DNA of 62,084 nucleotides, counting the filler, from Globobulimina sp. (taxonomy: Eukaryota), in NCBI GenBank assembly GCA_003354225.1. It is 19 parts of 19 records of this genome, joined end to end, with 100 filler letters (N's around TTAATTAATTAA, not from the genome) between each part and the next. Parts side by side here need not be neighbours in the genome. Positions count along the whole stretch, not along the records: positions 58,916 to 62,084 come from PIVH01003518.1; 18 more parts are not named here. One strand, written 5' to 3'. A program made the position numbers and the translations under genes. The notes beneath the pieces were generated by a model. That model saw only the letters and a program-made list of their open reading frames with translations. It searched no databases and was not told the DNA's origin. Below are positions 60,266-62,084 of the stretch, piece by piece. How positions within the stretch are numbered: position 1 is the stretch's first letter; each line of letters begins with the position of its first letter.

Positions 60266-62008
60266 ATGCTTTCTGCAATTGCTTCACCACACGGATCGAT
60301 TCTTCCACATCTTTTATCATTATGTGGTGCCGTGTTAAATTGGATAACACATTTGTATGTTTGTAGTACTGTTGGTTCATATTATCATTTCATATCGCTT
60401 GTTATAATTTTCTTCATTTATTTGTGTCATTACCATCTACGGATATTTATATTATTAGCAAATTATGTCGTGAATGTGCACATATTTTGTCATTATTATG
60501 ATTCATTAAATAAGTTATCAATTTGTTTATTATTAATATCATCAACGATGTTAATTATTATTGCATTTCTCAAATTATACAGTGGGCGGCGAGTGTTTAT
60601 GGAAACATGTTTTACCACAACAATTATCTTTTATATTATACTCAATTTCTATATTTTTATTTATTACATGGTATCCTACAGAAAGGTGGATAAATATTAT
60701 ACTTTGGATAAGTTATTTTTGTCATTATCTCTTTGGATGATATGCTGTTGGAATGTCAAAGTAAATGACGCCTCAGTCAGTAGCAAAAAATACAACAACT
60801 CGAGTTTAACCATAACCGGTATTATAGGTATTATATTTCAAGCAATTTTTTTACTACGTTTTATTCCATTCATCCTTGAATATAATATTAATGGCAACGA
60901 TATCCCTTTGATCATATTAATTATTTTATGTATCCATATTGGATCTATTTTGATTATATTCTTATCCATCGATTTAAGCAATGAGTTACAAGTAAAATTA
61001 ACTAAAAAAACAATATCATTTGGTTTTAGTTTAATTTTATCGATTTGGATCGAATATTTATTGGTTGTCTTTTATTTTGCAATATATTTCGTGATTGGCT
61101 ATCATACAAATAATATAAATATAAATAGCAGCATTGCTGATATCGATCCATATGTCATTGATTTGGGGGGATATAATTTTATTTTATTAAGCATCCCTGG
61201 CTCCATCCCGTGGACAATGATAATGTTTGCAAACTATCGTCGGGATAACATTTATCATCACATGATATTTACGCAGATTTTTGACAATTATAATAATAAA
61301 ATTCCAGTGCATTCTATACAGAAAATAAGTGATATTATTCCAATTACGATGTCTTATGATTATATTATTGATGCTTTGTTTGCTGTGGTATATTTATTTG
61401 GATATAATCAGAATAATAATAATAATCAACAGAATGATAATAAATTAAATGTATTGAATAAACAATACAAATATTTAAAGATAGAAAATAGAAAAGAAAA
61501 GGTTAAATTTGTCAAGATTTTGATGAAAAAATATATTGAATCACATGCAATTAAAATTAATATGGCATATAATTTGATATTTTATCGTGAAAATATTGCA
61601 TTGTTTTTATCGATTTGTTTTGTAATTTCTAGATTTATCTCATGTATTTTGATACCGATTGTTTGGTTTATTATATTGCAAAGCATTGATAATGAGGTAT
61701 TAAGTTTAAATATTATACAAAATTGGGTTATTTATGTGATATTGGCATTGTATTTTGTGTCGTTTCTACCGTTTAGTTATAATTTATTTTGCGTATTAAA
61801 TTGTGAGTATTATTTCTTTCTAATTTCGCCCATTAAAAAATCAAATGAGATGTTGTTGCTTCAAGACGGGAAATTAAATATAGATTGGAATATTTTACCT
61901 GAATTTATTGAGAGTACAAAAAGGAATAAAACGATTTGGAGTCTTCTAAAAAATAATGACATTGCTTCCATAATTATTCAATATTTACCACTTTCAAAAT
62001 GTAGCTAG
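60266..62008 (+). CDS. Hypothetical polytopic membrane protein
   Basis: 580-aa uninterrupted ORF with more than 10 hydrophobic segments, ending DIASIIIQYL. Confidence 0.65.
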   Translation: MLSAIASPHGSILPHLLSLCGAVLNWITHLYVCSTVGSYYHFISLVIIFFIYLCHYHLRIFILLANYVVNVHIFCHYYDSLNKLSICLLLISSTMLIIIAFLKLYSGRRVFMETCFTTTIIFYIILNFYIFIYYMVSYRKVDKYYTLDKLFLSLSLWMICCWNVKVNDASVSSKKYNNSSLTITGIIGIIFQAIFLLRFIPFILEYNINGNDIPLIILIILCIHIGSILIIFLSIDLSNELQVKLTKKTISFGFSLILSIWIEYLLVVFYFAIYFVIGYHTNNININSSIADIDPYVIDLGGYNFILLSIPGSIPWTMIMFANYRRDNIYHHMIFTQIFDNYNNKIPVHSIQKISDIIPITMSYDYIIDALFAVVYLFGYNQNNNNNQQNDNKLNVLNKQYKYLKIENRKEKVKFVKILMKKYIESHAIKINMAYNLIFYRENIALFLSICFVISRFISCILIPIVWFIILQSIDNEVLSLNIIQNWVIYVILALYFVSFLPFSYNLFCVLNCEYYFFLISPIKKSNEMLLLQDGKLNIDWNILPEFIESTKRNKTIWSLLKNNDIASIIIQYLPLSKCS

Positions 62009-62084
62009 AAAAAAAATGTTTTTTTTTATAATATTTCATAAATATACTATTATATTTTTTTTCAATTATACTTTTTATACAGAA

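Overview
This window is not one locus. It is 19 unrelated ~3.17-kb contigs, apparently sorted by length, joined by 100-nt linkers (N44-TTAATTAATTAA-N44), so gene neighbourhoods mean nothing across a linker. The DNA is mostly from an AT-rich, gene-dense protist using the standard code, with mostly ~48-72-nt GT-AG introns. Gene content (TM-RGS, SPRY, NRT2, PT-type repeats) suggests a foraminiferan/rhizarian, which is inference. Short bacterial pieces (htpX, flhA) are fused into eukaryotic contigs and look like amplification chimeras. Recognisable genes: tandem CAP-Gly protein, DOMON/cytochrome b561, Ras (with a 9-nt micro-exon), PBZ-finger protein, hemerythrin with a mitochondrial-type presequence, LDL3-like histone demethylase, RasGEF, a divergent PIWI-clade Argonaute, GaaA-like reductase, a disrupted type I PKS, TOR, a 3-RRM/RS protein, NRT2, a disrupted GH110-like beta-helix gene, RRP4, AMT and amino-acid transporters. 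Mobile DNA: two tyrosine-recombinase (Ngaro/DIRS) retroelements, a Penelope-like RT fragment and a candidate LTR. Best leads: (1) a double-hotdog acyl-CoA thioesterase fused in one exon to a complete guanylate kinase; (2) a PIWI protein with an altered MID pocket, a DED-K/H site and a C-terminal extension; (3) a Ngaro-type element with intact recombinase and B1-A2-B2 split direct repeats but with most of RT and all of RNase H deleted. All family assignments are from motif recognition by eye; no searches were run.
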